From Lingula anatina (taxonomy: Eukaryota; Animalia; Brachiopoda): a stretch of 64,000 nucleotides of DNA. A model generated the notes under the pieces. It had not been told where the DNA came from and made no database searches. It saw only the letters and a list, made by a program, of their open reading frames with translations. Each line of letters starts with the position of its first letter. Within the stretch, counting starts at the first letter, position 1. The stretch spans positions 61,296,788 through 61,360,787 of the forward strand of contig CM120640.1 of assembly GCA_051362555.1 (NCBI GenBank). The letters run 5' to 3'. Of this stretch, positions 55,001 through 64,000 are shown in pieces. Position numbers and translations under genes: made by a program.

Positions 55001-57301
55001 TGTTGCTTGGACAGAGTGACTGGAAGGGCTGCTTTCATGGCTTTGTTTGACCTGATATTGTATGTTACAAAAGAAATATAAAAAAGGGAAAGATGGAAAA
55101 TATACCGTAGAAAGAAAAGAGAAAAATAAAGGAAAACGTACTACATGAAAGCTTCTCTTGCCAGCTGGATTTTGTTGAGGTTTGCTTGTTTATTATGGGG
55201 CTATAAGCATTTTTGTTGCACCTCTGATTGTAGGAACACATGGATGAAATTAGCCAATTACAGGCATCCTTAGGGAAAGATAATGCTCTGCGTCAACTTT
55301 TGAGCACTAAGGATAAAGAATTACAAGAAATCCAGCACAATATGAATGCTTGGAAGGAAGAAACGGCAGACAAATTAGCTAGGAAGTTTGAAGAAGAGTT
55401 GAATAAAGAGCTGGAAAAGTAAAAAAAAAAAATATCGATTGAATTGAAATAACCAAAGTTTATTTGATTGGAAGTTTATGATAATTAATCATTGCCAGTA
55501 ATAAATTGCATGTGATTGGGTGATTTGCATGTGAAGCATGGGATTCATTTCTTACTTACTTGAGTATTTTTCTCCCAGAACATTTTCAGGTAAAATATAT
55601 ACTTTCAAGGTTCATGGTGGGAAGTAGATTGTAGATATGCACTCTTTTTGATAAAATCATTATCGTAGCATTGTAGTTTTTGTGACATTTCTTACACTGC
55701 ACTGAATTTTAAAAAGATAGTTATGCAGAAAAATCTGCACAACTTTTAGTATCTTTACTTTTGTAGTTAGATTTAACAGATATTATAAAATTTATATGAA
55801 AACAGCTTAAATAGATATGATTTCACATTTAATTAAGTCTGTACAATTGATTTTGTGTTGTGTAACGATTAACACTGCTTGAAACGTAGATTATATATGT
55901 AGTTTAACTGGAAAGATAACTTTAAGTCATGGACATTGCCAATAGTTATTAATAGTTTTTAAGATTCACAAGTAGAATCCTATTTCATCTGATAAAAGAA
56001 AATCCTATTTTGTTCCTGAATTATTGTAAATTTGAAATATAATGCCATTATGTCATTGGTTTTGCTTTCCCTGATATAACATTTTCGACTGTAGGAGACT
56101 GAAAGATTATAAGAAAATGCAGAGGAAAAACACTGAGCAACAAAAACAAATAGATAAGCTTGAAGAAGAAGTGAGGAGACTCTCTTTTGTAAGTTCTCTT
56201 ATTATTTACATATTTACCCTAATTTATCGTGGTTTATTTGTATCAACATCCATTTCATGTCATGTTCTCTATGTTCATAAAGCATTTTGGTTATTGCAAA
56301 ATTGATCAAAGAAACCAGTTGTTGAAAATGGACAAACAGTGCTCTTTCTGGGCTGTCTGTAATTGCATTCAGTCGGTGGAGTAATATCTTTAAATCTTTA
56401 ACTCATTTGGTAGGAACACATCATGCAAGGGTGTAATGGATAGGGTAAATTTGTTAACTTATTTTTGTTATATTTTACATTATGTTATTACAGTCATCAT
56501 TTAAATCAATCCATTGAAGTACTTTGTTTGTTCTAGTCATCAACCCCAAGCCCCAGTCCTGGTAGCAAGTCTCCAGCCTTTGAAGATGCCAGTACTATAC
56601 GATTACTGCGCCATTTGCAGGACAAAGTAAAACATCTCAGAAACGAGAATACCTCTCTCAAACTTGCAGGTGGCAGTGGAAGTCCAAGTTTAAGCACTTC
56701 TACTCCAAACTTGAGCAACCTTTCGTTATCTGTGCATTCTGGCAAGGTAGGTTGATTGAGTATTTTATCATCAGAAAAAATGCACAGGTCTTTTTCTTAG
56801 GTTTATGAATGGTGTAATTTTGGCAATTTGTGCAAAAAATTGTGAAATAATGCTGCACTGTTTTATATTATAGATCCACACTCGTTTATTTTTCAGACTG
56901 ATGATGAATATTTGAAGTTACTTGAACAGAGGGCAAGGGATGCAGAAAGGGCAGCAGAAATGGCTGAAGAAAGAGCACAAAGAAATCAGCATATCCTTAC
57001 AGAAAAAATGACTGAACTGTCAAAAATGCAAGAAACATTAGCCCATCAAACAAAGGTAGGTTCTATTATTAATATCATTTATTTTTTTATTATCTATTTA
57101 TTTTTATTTATTTATTTATTTTTGTCATTTTATACTGATGATATACATCTTTGTTAAAAAATCAATTTCACATGGGTAAAACTAAGTTTTACATGTTTCA
57201 TGTTTCAGGAACTAATGCAAATGGAAAGAGCTTATTCTCATTTAAAGCAGAGATCACCTTCACCAACTAGGTCATTCAGAAATTCACACACAACAAGATA
57301 G
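12857..57301 (+). CDS. Uncharacterised protein of about 1605 aa: acidic/Ser-rich N-half with six exon-encoded 19-aa repeats, long coiled-coil C-half
   Basis: Phase-consistent GT-AG exon chain: 12857-12896 (start tentative), 13081-13163, 14226-14624, 15779-15911, 21507-21773, 22470-22571, 27195-27323, 27910-28032, 28587-28694, 29735-29868, 30682-30796, 31202-31273, 31933-32047, 43840-44065, 44912-44995, 45237-45349, 45558-45729, 46047-46211, 46882-47007, 47262-47440, 47978-48083, 48931-49089, 49247-49348, 49589-49771, 52067-52198, 52424-52644, 53237-53336, 53489-53593, 53752-53835, 55234-55418, 56095-56188, 56537-56746, 56897-57055, 57209-57301 (TAG). The frame stays open throughout. E/K/Q/L heptad composition from about 44912 onward. 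Confidence 0.8.
13850..13904. repeat. (CA)n microsatellite
   Basis: Read directly from the sequence. Confidence 0.95.
14773..14835. repeat. (ATATT)n microsatellite; second block at 15684-15755
   Basis: Read directly from the sequence. Confidence 0.9.
14836..15683. mobile_element. Degenerate, internally inverted Tc1/mariner-like transposon relic
   Basis: TA|CAGGGTGACCC terminus. WFQQD motif on the minus strand (about 15228-15242). EW..LNPPDFF.GFLKDKVY on the plus strand (about 15349-15425) with frameshift and stop. Flanked on both sides by (ATATT)n. Confidence 0.65.
16264..16660 (-). mobile_element. 3' fragment of an RTE-clade-like LINE
   Basis: TWTLKKQEEKMFNAFEMWLWRRVLRLKWTEKRTN...YGHWKRR is typical of the post-RT C-terminus of RTE-type elements; (ATTC)n tail at 16264-16298. 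Confidence 0.75.
17636..20415 (+). mobile_element. Non-autonomous Helentron-type element carrying 146-bp tandem repeats (copy 1)
   Basis: 15-bp subterminal IR TATTGTACCACCAGC (17636) / GCTGGTGGTACAATA (20366-20380), 5' hairpin, 3' palindrome GAGGCGgtatCGCCTC, CTAGTT end, no TSD. Internal monomers start at 18631, 18777, 18923 and onward. Confidence 0.8.
23069..24523 (+). mobile_element. Diverged older copy of the same Helentron-type family (copy 2)
   Basis: Collinear with 17636-20415: starts TTGTACCTCCAGC, ends GCTGGTGGTACAATA plus GAGGCGctatCGTCTC, and has about two degenerate core monomers. Confidence 0.75.
25047..25110. repeat. 32-bp perfect tandem duplication
   Basis: CATTCCTACTCATACACTGAGACAGCTTATGT occurs twice in a row. 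Confidence 0.85.
26840..26907. repeat. Compound (CT)n(AT)n microsatellite
   Basis: Read directly from the sequence. Confidence 0.9.
32316..32486. mobile_element. 171-bp MITE with 5-bp TSD
   Basis: TIR CAGGCTCGTAGCCAG / CTGGCTACGGGCCTG; TTGCT on both sides. A related fragment lies at about 14075-14130. Confidence 0.75.
33956..34036. repeat. (TA)n followed by poly-T
   Basis: Read directly from the sequence. Confidence 0.9.
34989..35107 (+). CDS. Putative first coding exon of the nested gene (MYSLSGKKAHPRSRLPSTWLWRQRYHDIRRRYQTSVDARG)
   Basis: First ATG after an in-frame TAA; 39 open codons plus 2 nt ending at GG|GTAAGA. Phase 2 matches the acceptor at 37838/37839. Confidence 0.6.
37839..42870 (+). 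CDS. 5-kb terminal exon of a nested gene; large Ser/acidic disordered protein with a KRAP/TESPA1/ITPRID-like (IP3R-binding) motif
   Basis: The 1638-aa ORF extends upstream to acceptor TTTCTAAAACAG|C at 37838 and ends at TAG 42870. SAEDILASLGF-x6-LPERF (38704-38769) resembles the EEILxxLGF...IPxRF core of the KRAP_IP3R_bind domain (recalled, not searched). Confidence 0.85.
43196..43201 (+). terminator. Polyadenylation signal of the nested gene
   Basis: AATAAA about 325 nt after the stop, followed by U/GU-rich sequence (43210-43255), still inside the host intron. Confidence 0.55.
47731..47905. mobile_element. Small MITE-like element
   Basis: Inverted ends GCTGGAGTAGTGCTA / TAGCACTACCCCAGC (14/15 match). 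Confidence 0.5.
52708..52874. repeat. Inverted repeat / MITE remnant
   Basis: CTCCCTGGGGGTTCACACTAAATTGCTATCA pairs imperfectly with TGATAGCAATTTAGTGAGACTCCCCAGGGAG. Confidence 0.5.
54846..54895 (+). CDS. Alternative exon paralogous to exon 55234-55418 (EHMQDISELYDSLKKDQ)
   Basis: Acceptor CTTTTCTTCAG|GAACACATG and donor CA|GTAAGG. Same start and same phase 0/2 as the downstream exon (EHMDEISQLQASLGKDN). Confidence 0.6.
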
Positions 57302-60300
57302 CCAATATCTGCTGTCCTTGGGGGTTTACTGTCATTCTAATTCTTATTGGATGCAGTTATATTGCTAGGGCTTAAGTCAGATTAGTTGTGCATGAATTTC
57401 ATGGGGTCTGTTCATCTTGGATATTGAGAAGGAATATTTTGATTATCACTGTGTGACAATTTCCCACTTCAGGATGAGTATTCATAATTTGTTATTGTGT
57501 TCAGTATTTTATTATCAGAGTAAGGAGCACAATATGTGTAGTATTTTTTTATTATCCAAATAGCACACATTTACTGTTTATAGAGCAATTTAGCATGTCT
57601 AGAAGTTAGTCTGCCTTTCATATATGTGCTGCCTCTTGCTTTATTGAAGCACAAAAGATGTCTTGCTACGTAGATATTTGTATACATTTATAGAAATCAT
57701 AAGCAAAGGAGTACTTACATGTAGCATGATACGTCTGAGGATCACAGCACTCAAAGAGAACTGTGAGAAAGGAAAACTATCATTTCTTCAAAGCAATTTG
57801 GCAAAGTCCAAAAGATTTTTGTCTTTTTGGCATTGTGTGATATCTCAGGCAAAGCCTGCCTTCCAAAGCAGGAGGATAGTATTTATCAGTCTTTAGTACT
57901 GCACCTAGATTATTTAATGAGTACAATTATAGAAAAATTCTACCCAAAAGTCTTTCAGGTTGACAAAACACAAGGTGATTTTTGCACCATTATTGTTTGA
58001 AGTTTTTCTGATCACAGATAACATTAGTTGTTAGAAGCTAGTGTAGGTATGCTGCACATGAACAGTATAGGCTAAGGCTTTTGTTTGTATCAACTTAGGC
58101 CAGATTGGAAAGGGGTTTTTTTCTGTGCAGTGAGAGAAAATATTTTGTAATGCAGTAACTTTATTAAATTGTTTTACATATCATATACTTCGCATAACTG
58201 TTCCGCTGATTGTGTAAGTTTGTAAAAAGGTATCACTTTACACTGGATTTTTGCTCAAGGTTGTCACATTGTTGGCATGCAGTTAAAATGCTATGACAGT
58301 ACAGTATTAGTAAGATGCTTAATACCCCTCACTTTGATTTATATCATTAACTGAATATAGTTACTCTGTTTTGAAATTCTGACTTCCCTCCTTTCCCATG
58401 TATAATGTGGACCTCTCAATGTTTGTGCACTTTACAGTTTCTGTAGAGATTAAAGTATTACATCGTGCTTTGCTTTTACAAGAGAGGGAAGGCGTCAACA
58501 ATAACAACCAAAAAGATTTCAATTCTTTGTAAAGTTTTTTAAGATCTGGATACAACTTTCACTTATATTTTACCAACAGATTCTCAGTTTGCAATTGGTG
58601 CATGTTCACCTATACATACACTGCACTTATACATTAAATACCCCAGTGAGGATACAATTTTACATCCTTATTTTAAGTGGATAAATTTAGATAATACAGT
58701 TTGTTAGAAGTCCCTTTAGTTTATCTTAGTTTGTGAAAATATAAATTCAATGTTGATTTATTGTACCACCAGCGTTAGCGCTGGCGGTACACATGGTTTC
58801 GGTCTCGTCCGGATCGTTCCGCCGGCTCCGCCGGCTCCGCCGGACGGCTACCGTTACCGCTTCTCCTCCTAGACGGTAAGGCCCCCCATACCCATCTCAT
58901 GGATTTAGGTCACCTATAATCTCAACTCGTTCCACGTAAAATTTGGGCTTTGTCGGTATTGGGGTCTGGGTGTGGCACTCATTGCAATGCACCCTTGTCC
59001 AAAAATGGCAAAATTAAATGCTAATTATCTACCCTACGGAAGGAGTTACGGGAAAAATTTCTACAGACGGCTTTCCAAAAGTCATATGTGTAGATTTCAA
59101 ATATACCCTCGGATTTGACCTTTGACCTTTACTTCAAGGTCAAATGGGCCAAAATTTTCAAAAAAATGAAATTTTTTACGAAAAAAAAATTTTTTGCCCT
59201 GTTATTCAGACACCACACAGACTTAACCAATAATATTATTGGAAAGTGTTACCCTTCAGGTCATCTTTCATCTCCGTGAATTTGGGGTCAATTGGTGCAT
59301 TTTCACAGGAGTAGCGGCCATAAGATACCGAAACTGAAAACTGTCTCTAATTCGGGAACCGTTAATGCTAGAGACCCATTCTTTTTTGCATTTTGTAGAG
59401 CATGTAAAGCCCAACACTGGAGGTGGTCTCGGTTTTTTTGTATTCCATACGGTTTTCGAGTTACGCTGTATCAAAAAGTACATATTGGTGGTGAAAGGAA
59501 AATGTACGGAAGCCCACTGGTGCCATATGTAGAAAAAAAAATTATCTCGAAATTTCGAGATACTATTTTAAAATTTGAACAAAAAAATTTACCACCAGTG
59601 TTAGCGCTGGCGGTACACATGGTTTCGGTCCCGTCCGGTCCGTTCCGCCGGCTCCGCCGCCATGTTACCGTTACCGCTTCTCCTCCTAGACGGTAAGGGC
59701 CCCCGTACCCATCTCATGGATTTAGGTCACCTATAATCTCAACTCGTTCCACGTAAAATTTGGGCTTCGTCGGTATTGGGGTCTGGGTGTGGCACTCATT
59801 GCAATGCACCCTTGTCTAAAAATGGCAAAATTAAATGCTAATTATCTACCCTACAGAAGGAGTTACGGGAAAAATTTCTATAGACGACTTTCCAAAAGTC
59901 ATATGTGTAGATTTCAAATATACCCTCGGATTTGACCTTTGACCTTTACTTCAAGGTCAAATGGGCCAAAATTTTCAAAAAAATGAAATTTTTTATGAAA
60001 AAAAAATTTTTTGCCCTGTCATTCAGACGCCACACAGACTTAACCAATAATATTATTGGAAAGTGTTACCCTTCAGGTCATCTTTCATCTCCGTGAATTT
60101 GGGGTCAATCGGTGCATTTTCACAGGAGTAGCGGCCATAAGATACCGAAACTGAAAACTGTCTCTAATTCGGGAACCGTTAATGCTAGAGACCCATTCTT
60201 TTTCATTCATTTTGTAGAGCATGTAAAGCCCAACACTGGAGGTGGTCTCGGTTTTTTTGTATTCCATACGGTTTTCGAGTTACGCTGTATCAGAAAGTAC

Positions 60301-60323
60301 ATATTGGTGGTGAAAGGAAAATG

Positions 60324-60616
60324 TACGGAAGCCGACTGGTGCCATATGTAGAAAAAAAAATTATCTCAAAATTTCGAGATACTATTTTGAAATTTGAACA
60401 AAAAAAATTTTTATCTCGAAATTTCGACATAGCATTTTGAAATTTGAACAAAAAAAAAAATTATCTCGAAATTTCGAGATAGCATTTTGATATTTGAGCA
60501 AAAAAATTTATCTCGAAATTTCGAGATAGTATTTTGAAATTTGAACAAAAAAAATGCTATCTCGAAATTTCGAGATAATTTTTTTTTTCAACATATGGCA
60601 CCAGTCGGCTTCCGTA
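60324..60616. mobile_element. MITE with TACGG termini and 6-bp TSD (IS3EU-like, non-autonomous)
   Basis: About 60-bp TIRs starting TACGGAAGCCGACTGGTGCCATATG; AAAATG duplicated at 60318-60323 and 60617-60622; the empty site AAAATGTGCAG is visible in copy 1 (about 18377). Confidence 0.8.
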
Positions 60617-60860
60617 AAAATGTGCAGTACGGTAATGGATAATAAATTTTGAACACCGGAAAAATAAAACATAATGCTTGGCAAAGCAGACAACTTGTGG
60701 TCAAAAATGACATTATTTTATCAAATTTAAACTTCTGCAACTTCAGAGAACCTCCCATTTCAAGAACTTTGACCAAAATGACCTTTTCTTTATTTTAATT
60801 AATTTTTTCTGTATGAAATTTATGGCACATTATGGTAACTCCAAAATTATAACATTTAGT

Positions 60861-61995
60861 CCCTTATATCTCCAAAACTGGCAGAGATAGGTCCATAGTT
60901 ACTATTGAAGTTGAATAGGAAGTCATATACTGGCAATCTTACTGTGACCTTGACATTGACCTTTGACCTACTTTTCACCATGAACTGAACTTTGCAAATT
61001 TTGCTTCCCTTTTATCTCCAAAACTGGCAGAGATAGGTCCATAGTTACTATTGAAGTTGAATAGGAAGTCATATACTGGCAATCTTACTGTGACCTTGAA
61101 ATTGACCTTTGACCTACTTATCACCATGAACTGAACTTTGCAAATTTTGCTTCCCTTTTATCTCCAAAACTGGCAGAGATAGGTCCATAGTTACTATTGA
61201 ACTTGAATAGGAAGTCATATACTGGCAATTTTACTGTGACCTTGAAATTGACCTTTGACCTACTTTTCACCTTGAACTGAACTTTGCAAAATTTGCTTCC
61301 CTTTTATCTCCAAAACTGGCAGAGATAGGTCCATAGTTACTATTGAACTTGAATAGGAAGTCATATACTGGCAATTTTACTGTGACCTTGAAATTGACCT
61401 TTGACCTACTTTTCACCTTGAACTGAACTTTGCAAAATTTGCTTCCCTTTTATCTCCAAAACTGGCAGAGATAGGTCCATAGTTACTATTGAACTTGCAT
61501 AGGAAGTCATATACTGGCAATTTTACTGTGACCTTGAAATTGACCTTTGACCTTCTTTTCACCATGAACTGAACTTTGCAAATTTTGCTTCCCTTTTATC
61601 TCCAAAACTGGCAGAGATAGGTCCATAGTTACTATTGAAGTTGAATAGGAAGTCATATACTGGCAATCTAAATGTGACCTTGAAATTGACCTTTGACCTA
61701 CTTTTCACCATGAACTGAACTTTGCAAATTTTGCTTCCCTTTTATCTCCAAAACTGGCAGAGATAGGTCCATAGTTACTATTGAAGTTGAATAGGAAGTC
61801 ATATACTGGCAATCTTACTGTGACCTTGAAATTGACCTTTGACCTACTTTTCACCATGAACTGAACTTTGCAAATTTTGCTTCCCTTTTATCTCCAAAAC
61901 TGGCAGAGATAGGTCCATAGTTACTATTGAAGTTGGATAGGAAGTCATATACTGGCAATTTACTGTGACCTTGAAATTGACCTTTGACCTACCTT
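60861..61995 (+). repeat. Satellite-like tandem array, 146-bp unit, about 7.8 copies
   Basis: CTCCAAAACTGGCAGAG recurs at 60870, 61016, 61162, 61308, 61454, 61600, 61746 and 61892. Confidence 0.95.
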
Positions 61996-64000
61996 ACAAT
62001 GAACTTAACTTTGATTGCACCATTTTTAGTTATATATATTTTTTGCATATTTTGAAAATTCTTGTTGATTGCATTTTTACAGCTTGTCAAGCACAAGACT
62101 GGTGGCTGCACCCCTTATTTTGTGTATGTGGGGGTCTATACTAATGCGCTTGCTCCAGCTGGTGGTACAATATTCGGAGGCGGTATCGCCTCTCTGATCC
62201 TCTAGTTTTTTAGTTATTTTAGAAATGGTTTTCAAAAAACCATTCCAGATGATTGAGCCAATTTTGAGGGTTTTTGGAAAAAATTATTTTTGTTACTCAT
62301 TTTAATTAAATGTTAATTTAGTTGAGTATTTTTACAAATGCTCTTTATTATGCTAATTTTTGTGTATATATTAGAGAAGGAAATGCCCTGTTATAATATA
62401 AAAACAAATTTGACATTGAATATTCACCTCTGCGTAGACCTGATCACAATTCACCAGGGTGTTTACACCATGTGCCTTTGTATGTACAACTTTATTTTCT
62501 CCCAGATTTTTTATGTAAGTACAAATATATGTATATATAAATATCACGTACATGGTCTCGTCTAGTACTGTATAATGTACATTCCGTCCACTGGCATTTG
62601 AAGTAAACTGTAAGGCCCTTCTCACATTGAGTGATATACTATAGTGATACAGTCGGCACCATTTTGAGAGGTCCCTTTACTACCTTTAATAAGTTCACTT
62701 CCTGCTGTTTAGTTTATTAATTGGCCATGTCCAGCATGGAGGCTCCTTTAGGTGACTTTTTACCTGAACACTGCTTTAAAGTTGCCAATCAAATATGTTT
62801 CAGTATGGATTGTATCTCTGAAGTATACTGCTCATTATATAGGAGGCCAAAATGTGTATCTATACATGTTGTGATTCATTATAAAAACACATTGAAATTA
62901 TGTGATAGAGCCTGCACAGGGTATTCTAAAGACCAAAGCTTAGAAATGAAGAGATTGTTGAGTGCCTTTTTGGTACAATGAAGTATATTTACATATTAGA
63001 TATGGGTTTATGAATTAGATATCAGAATGGATTATGTATTGCAAGAAAATAAATATTCAGGCTACTAGTACATATATATGAGTTCTTTTTGTTCTTGGTT
63101 ACTACTTACAGAGAAAAAAAGGATCATGTCTCTGAGTATTCTGACAAATATGACAACATGGTTTGTGGTAAAAAGAAATAAAAAGAACACCAATAAATAA
63201 TTCACTACCAAAATATCCAAATGCACAACAAAATGCTGAACACGTTGGTTGTGCTTTGATTATTTCAGATCCAGCCTTAAATCTATTTTAAGTGATCAGA
63301 TAAAACAAGGAATTTGACAGATGTAATTAAATCACCTTTTTTAGTGCTGTCTCTCAATCCTAGCAAAACAAAATGGCTATATTAAAAATGGTGCAGAAGC
63401 AACTGCATTGTGGTAGATGTGCCTGAGCCAAATGAAAATATCTTAATTAATTATAATTAATTGCTGACATTCAGGTTATGAAGGAGGGATTTATTCTCCC
63501 CCTTTTTTTTTTTCTTATCCTGGGTCTATCACAGTTGAAGAAAAGTTTTTCGTCTTCAAGTATTTTTTTCTGCAGAACTTTTCCAGTATAATGGGTGAAC
63601 AGTGCATCTATTGCCCCTTTTCACATAGATGCGTACATTAAATGACTCAGCTGCTTGGGACATTAGCTATGTCATCATTCTGCCTTCTCTTCACATGCTT
63701 CAACAAGTATACCAGTACCCCTGGAGTTATACCTGGTAACCTACTGGCAGCTCCCAGCTGAAAGATACACCGTAGTAATTAGTAAGGAAGTTGGATTGGA
63801 ATCCATATTTAAGTAATGCTTCAATAGCTATAGACGAACTGAGTGTACAGGTATTAATCATAATCACATTTCCTTAAATTTCTCATTATTATAGCAATTT
63901 ATTATAATTTGTAATGATACAAAAATAATGAACAATATGAATAACAACTGTCAATATCTAAATATGTGCAAAAATATTTAAATAGTGCAAAATCACCTTG

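Larger units (their letters stand above)
58759..62207 (+). mobile_element. Helentron-type element copy 3, with a duplicated 5' portion, nested MITE and 146-bp array
   Basis: Same termini as copy 1 (subTIRs at 58759 and 62158-62172, hairpin, CTAGTT). A second 5' end starts at about 59589. Confidence 0.8.

Noticed and set aside
60861-61995. Regular repeats as a CRISPR array
   Set aside because: Whole 146-bp units repeat with no unique spacers, there are no cas genes, and the context is eukaryotic.
62210-64000. Possible additional gene at the right end
   Set aside because: Only short low-complexity ORFs; no exon chain or motif could be supported.

Overview
AT-rich, intron-rich animal genomic DNA (repeat content suggests a marine invertebrate, probably a lophotrochozoan such as a mollusc; this is inference). 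Three protein-coding genes can be rebuilt from splice signals and reading phase. (1) The 5' half of the meiotic DExH helicase HFM1/MER3 on the minus strand (12 coding exons, 6772 to 329, running off the left edge), with a clear U12-type minor-spliceosome intron. (2) A divergent plus-strand gene of about 34 exons (about 12857-57301, about 1605 aa). It has an acidic N-half carrying six copies of an unrecognised 19-aa motif, one per exon, and a long coiled-coil C-half with a duplicated, apparently mutually exclusive exon pair. (3) A same-strand nested gene (exons 34989-35107 and 37839-42870, about 1716 aa) inside an 11.8-kb intron of gene 2, with a motif resembling the KRAP/TESPA1/ITPRID IP3-receptor-binding segment. 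All four splice sites at the host/nested interface are phase 2, so two 5' halves could pair in frame with two 3' halves. Introns and flanks hold non-autonomous Helentron-type (HINE/DINE-1-like) elements carrying 146-bp tandem arrays, a nested MITE with a 6-bp TSD, other MITEs, a Tc1/mariner relic, an RTE-like LINE end and microsatellites. All gene models were derived by eye and have no transcript support.
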